DNA from: Nemertoderma westbladi
Taxonomy: Eukaryota; Animalia; Xenacoelomorpha
Direction: 5' to 3'
Assembly: GCA_032718475.1 (NCBI GenBank)
Contig: JAUCBJ010004840.1
Location: 13,297-77,296, forward strand
Length of the DNA: 64,000 nucleotides
How positions within the stretch are numbered: the stretch's first letter is position 1; every line of letters starts with the position of its first letter. The translations under genes and the position numbers were made by a program. A model generated the notes under the pieces. That model made no database searches. It worked only from the letters and a program-made list of their open reading frames with translations, and was not told where the DNA came from. Positions 62,285 through 64,000 of the stretch are shown here, in pieces.

Positions 62285-63791
62285 GGGGAGATGGTACCCC
62301 AGAACTTTTTAAAAATTGAAAAATTTTCGAAATTTTTTTTATTAATTCTAAATCAGAATTTAACGTAGATTTCAGAAATCGAAATCCTAACATCACATCA
62401 AAATCTTAAGTTCTCTGTTTTTCGGTTTGTCTGTCTATTGGTCTGTTTTTCCGTTTGTCAACAAAATATGGATATAAAAATGTACACCACCTAACTAAAA
62501 CATTTGCTACATGGGTTTTCGAGGTCGCGGATTTCATTTCCGGGGTCAGTTTTCAAATTTGACGTAATTTAGTTTGTCTGACCGTTTGTCCGTCTGTCGG
62601 TATGTCTGTCAAAAACATAACGAATCACACTACGTAACTAAAATTTTCACTGTGGGGGTTTTTAAGGTCGGTGATTTCATTTCTGGTGTTATCTTTCCTG
62701 TTTGGAGGAGTCTATTATACCTGTATATTTGTCTGTCAGTAGATCTGTCTGTCAAGAAAGATATACAGACAGACTTAAATAGACAGTCTAGGTTCATTCA
62801 ATTATTAAGAATGACATGGGAAATAAAATCAGCAACTATGAAAACCCACATATCATAAATTGTAATAAAGTGATGTGTTTTTACTTATATTTTATCTGTG
62901 ACACCGACAGTCAGTCAGACAGACAGACATACAGACAGTCAGACAGATAGACATACAGACAGTCCAGATGTCATCAAACATTAAAACATGTACAGTATTA
63001 GAAATGAAATCAGCCACTAGGAAAACCCCCATATCTGACATTTTATTCAGGTGATATGCCTCCTCATATTTTGACTGACAGACAGACAGACATAAAAACA
63101 GACAAACAGACATTCTATGTTCAGTCAAATATTAAAATTGACATCGGAAATAGAATCAGCGACTAGGAAAACCCCCATATCATAAATTATAGTAAAGTGG
63201 TGCTTACTTATTTATTGTCTGTGAGATTGACAGTCAGACAGGCAGACAGACAGGCAGAATGACAGACAAACAGACAGTCCAGATGTCATCAAACATTAAA
63301 ACAGATATCAGTAATGAATTCAGCGACTACGAAAACCCCTAAATCGTAAATTTTGGTTCGGTGGAGTAGTTTATTATGTTTTGGCTTATTTTTGAAATTT
63401 CCCGCGTTTTACATAAAATTAGCGGGAAGATTTGAAAACTTAAAATGCGTTTTTCTCAGCATCTTATTTTTCGTGAAATTTAGAAATAAATGTACCTTTT
63501 TCTCGAGAACGGCTTGATGGAATTGGCTGAAAATTTCGCAGCAGGTTTGTTGTTCTGAGACACAATTGTGGAACCTCTAAAAACATATGTTTAAAACAAC
63601 AAACTAATATATACTTCGAAAAATTTTTTTTTTTAAATTTTTTTTAGGTTCCAGGTGTGTCTCGATAGTTACTCCGCCCATTCTGGAAATTTTCATAAAA
63701 TTCCATCTTGTAGAACCAGCGTAATGGGCACATATGTGTTAATAGTAAAATGTATGGGGATATAGCCTGGGGTAGGTAGGGCCATCTCCCC
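62285..63791. mobile_element. Non-autonomous DNA transposon with TTAA TSD, Kolobok-like
   Basis: TTAA|GGGGAGATGG...CCATCTCCCC|TTAA, with TACCCCAG/CTGGGGTA subterminal matches. Internal inverted modules carry (GTCT)n/(AGAC)n. Purine termini plus a TTAA TSD fit Kolobok. Confidence 0.75.
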
Positions 63792-64000
63792 TTAACGACT
63801 TTGACAAAAAAAGTGACTTACAACAAATAAATAGATAAAACTAACTATTATATTATTTATTTAATTATAATAAAAGAAAACCAAATTTATGCAAAAATGT
63901 GACTAATTTTTAATAAAGATATCGTTGTAGAGTATTGTTCGATACTGCCACTTGGCGCACAAGAGTTTCACTATTTTTTATATATAATTATTAATTTTGA

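Overview
This is eukaryotic, apparently invertebrate-animal, genomic DNA (GT-AG introns, LINEs, a BEL/Pao LTR element, MITEs); no prokaryotic features or CRISPR array are present. About 40% of the window is minisatellite: arrays with units of about 47, 53, 22, 20, 51, 36, 39, 60 and 21 bp. Most ORFs in the supplied track are artefacts of these arrays. Two divergent spliced genes can be rebuilt with consistent phases. The first is a 5-exon minus-strand gene (22454 to 12506, 286 aa) encoding a very basic RS/SPSR-repeat protein with one C-terminal transmembrane helix. The second is a 4-exon plus-strand gene (26385 to 30178, 625 aa) encoding an SDS22-type LRR protein. The most striking observation is that both genes have a tandem array seeded at an exon/intron junction. 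In the first gene about 100 copies of the exon end plus its GTAAGT donor fill a 6.8-kb intron; in the second, 12 GTAAGT copies sit in intron 1. Retroelements have inserted into several arrays: a truncated LINE in the 53-mer, a gag-only BEL/Pao with apparently identical LTRs in the 51-mer, and an L1/Tx1 relic in the 21-mer. There is also a three-level nest (RTE > Rex1/Babar LINE with an in-frame 60-bp 5' array > TA-flanked MITE), plus Harbinger-like, 5-bp-TSD and Kolobok-like non-autonomous DNA elements. All family assignments come from motif recognition by eye, not database searches.
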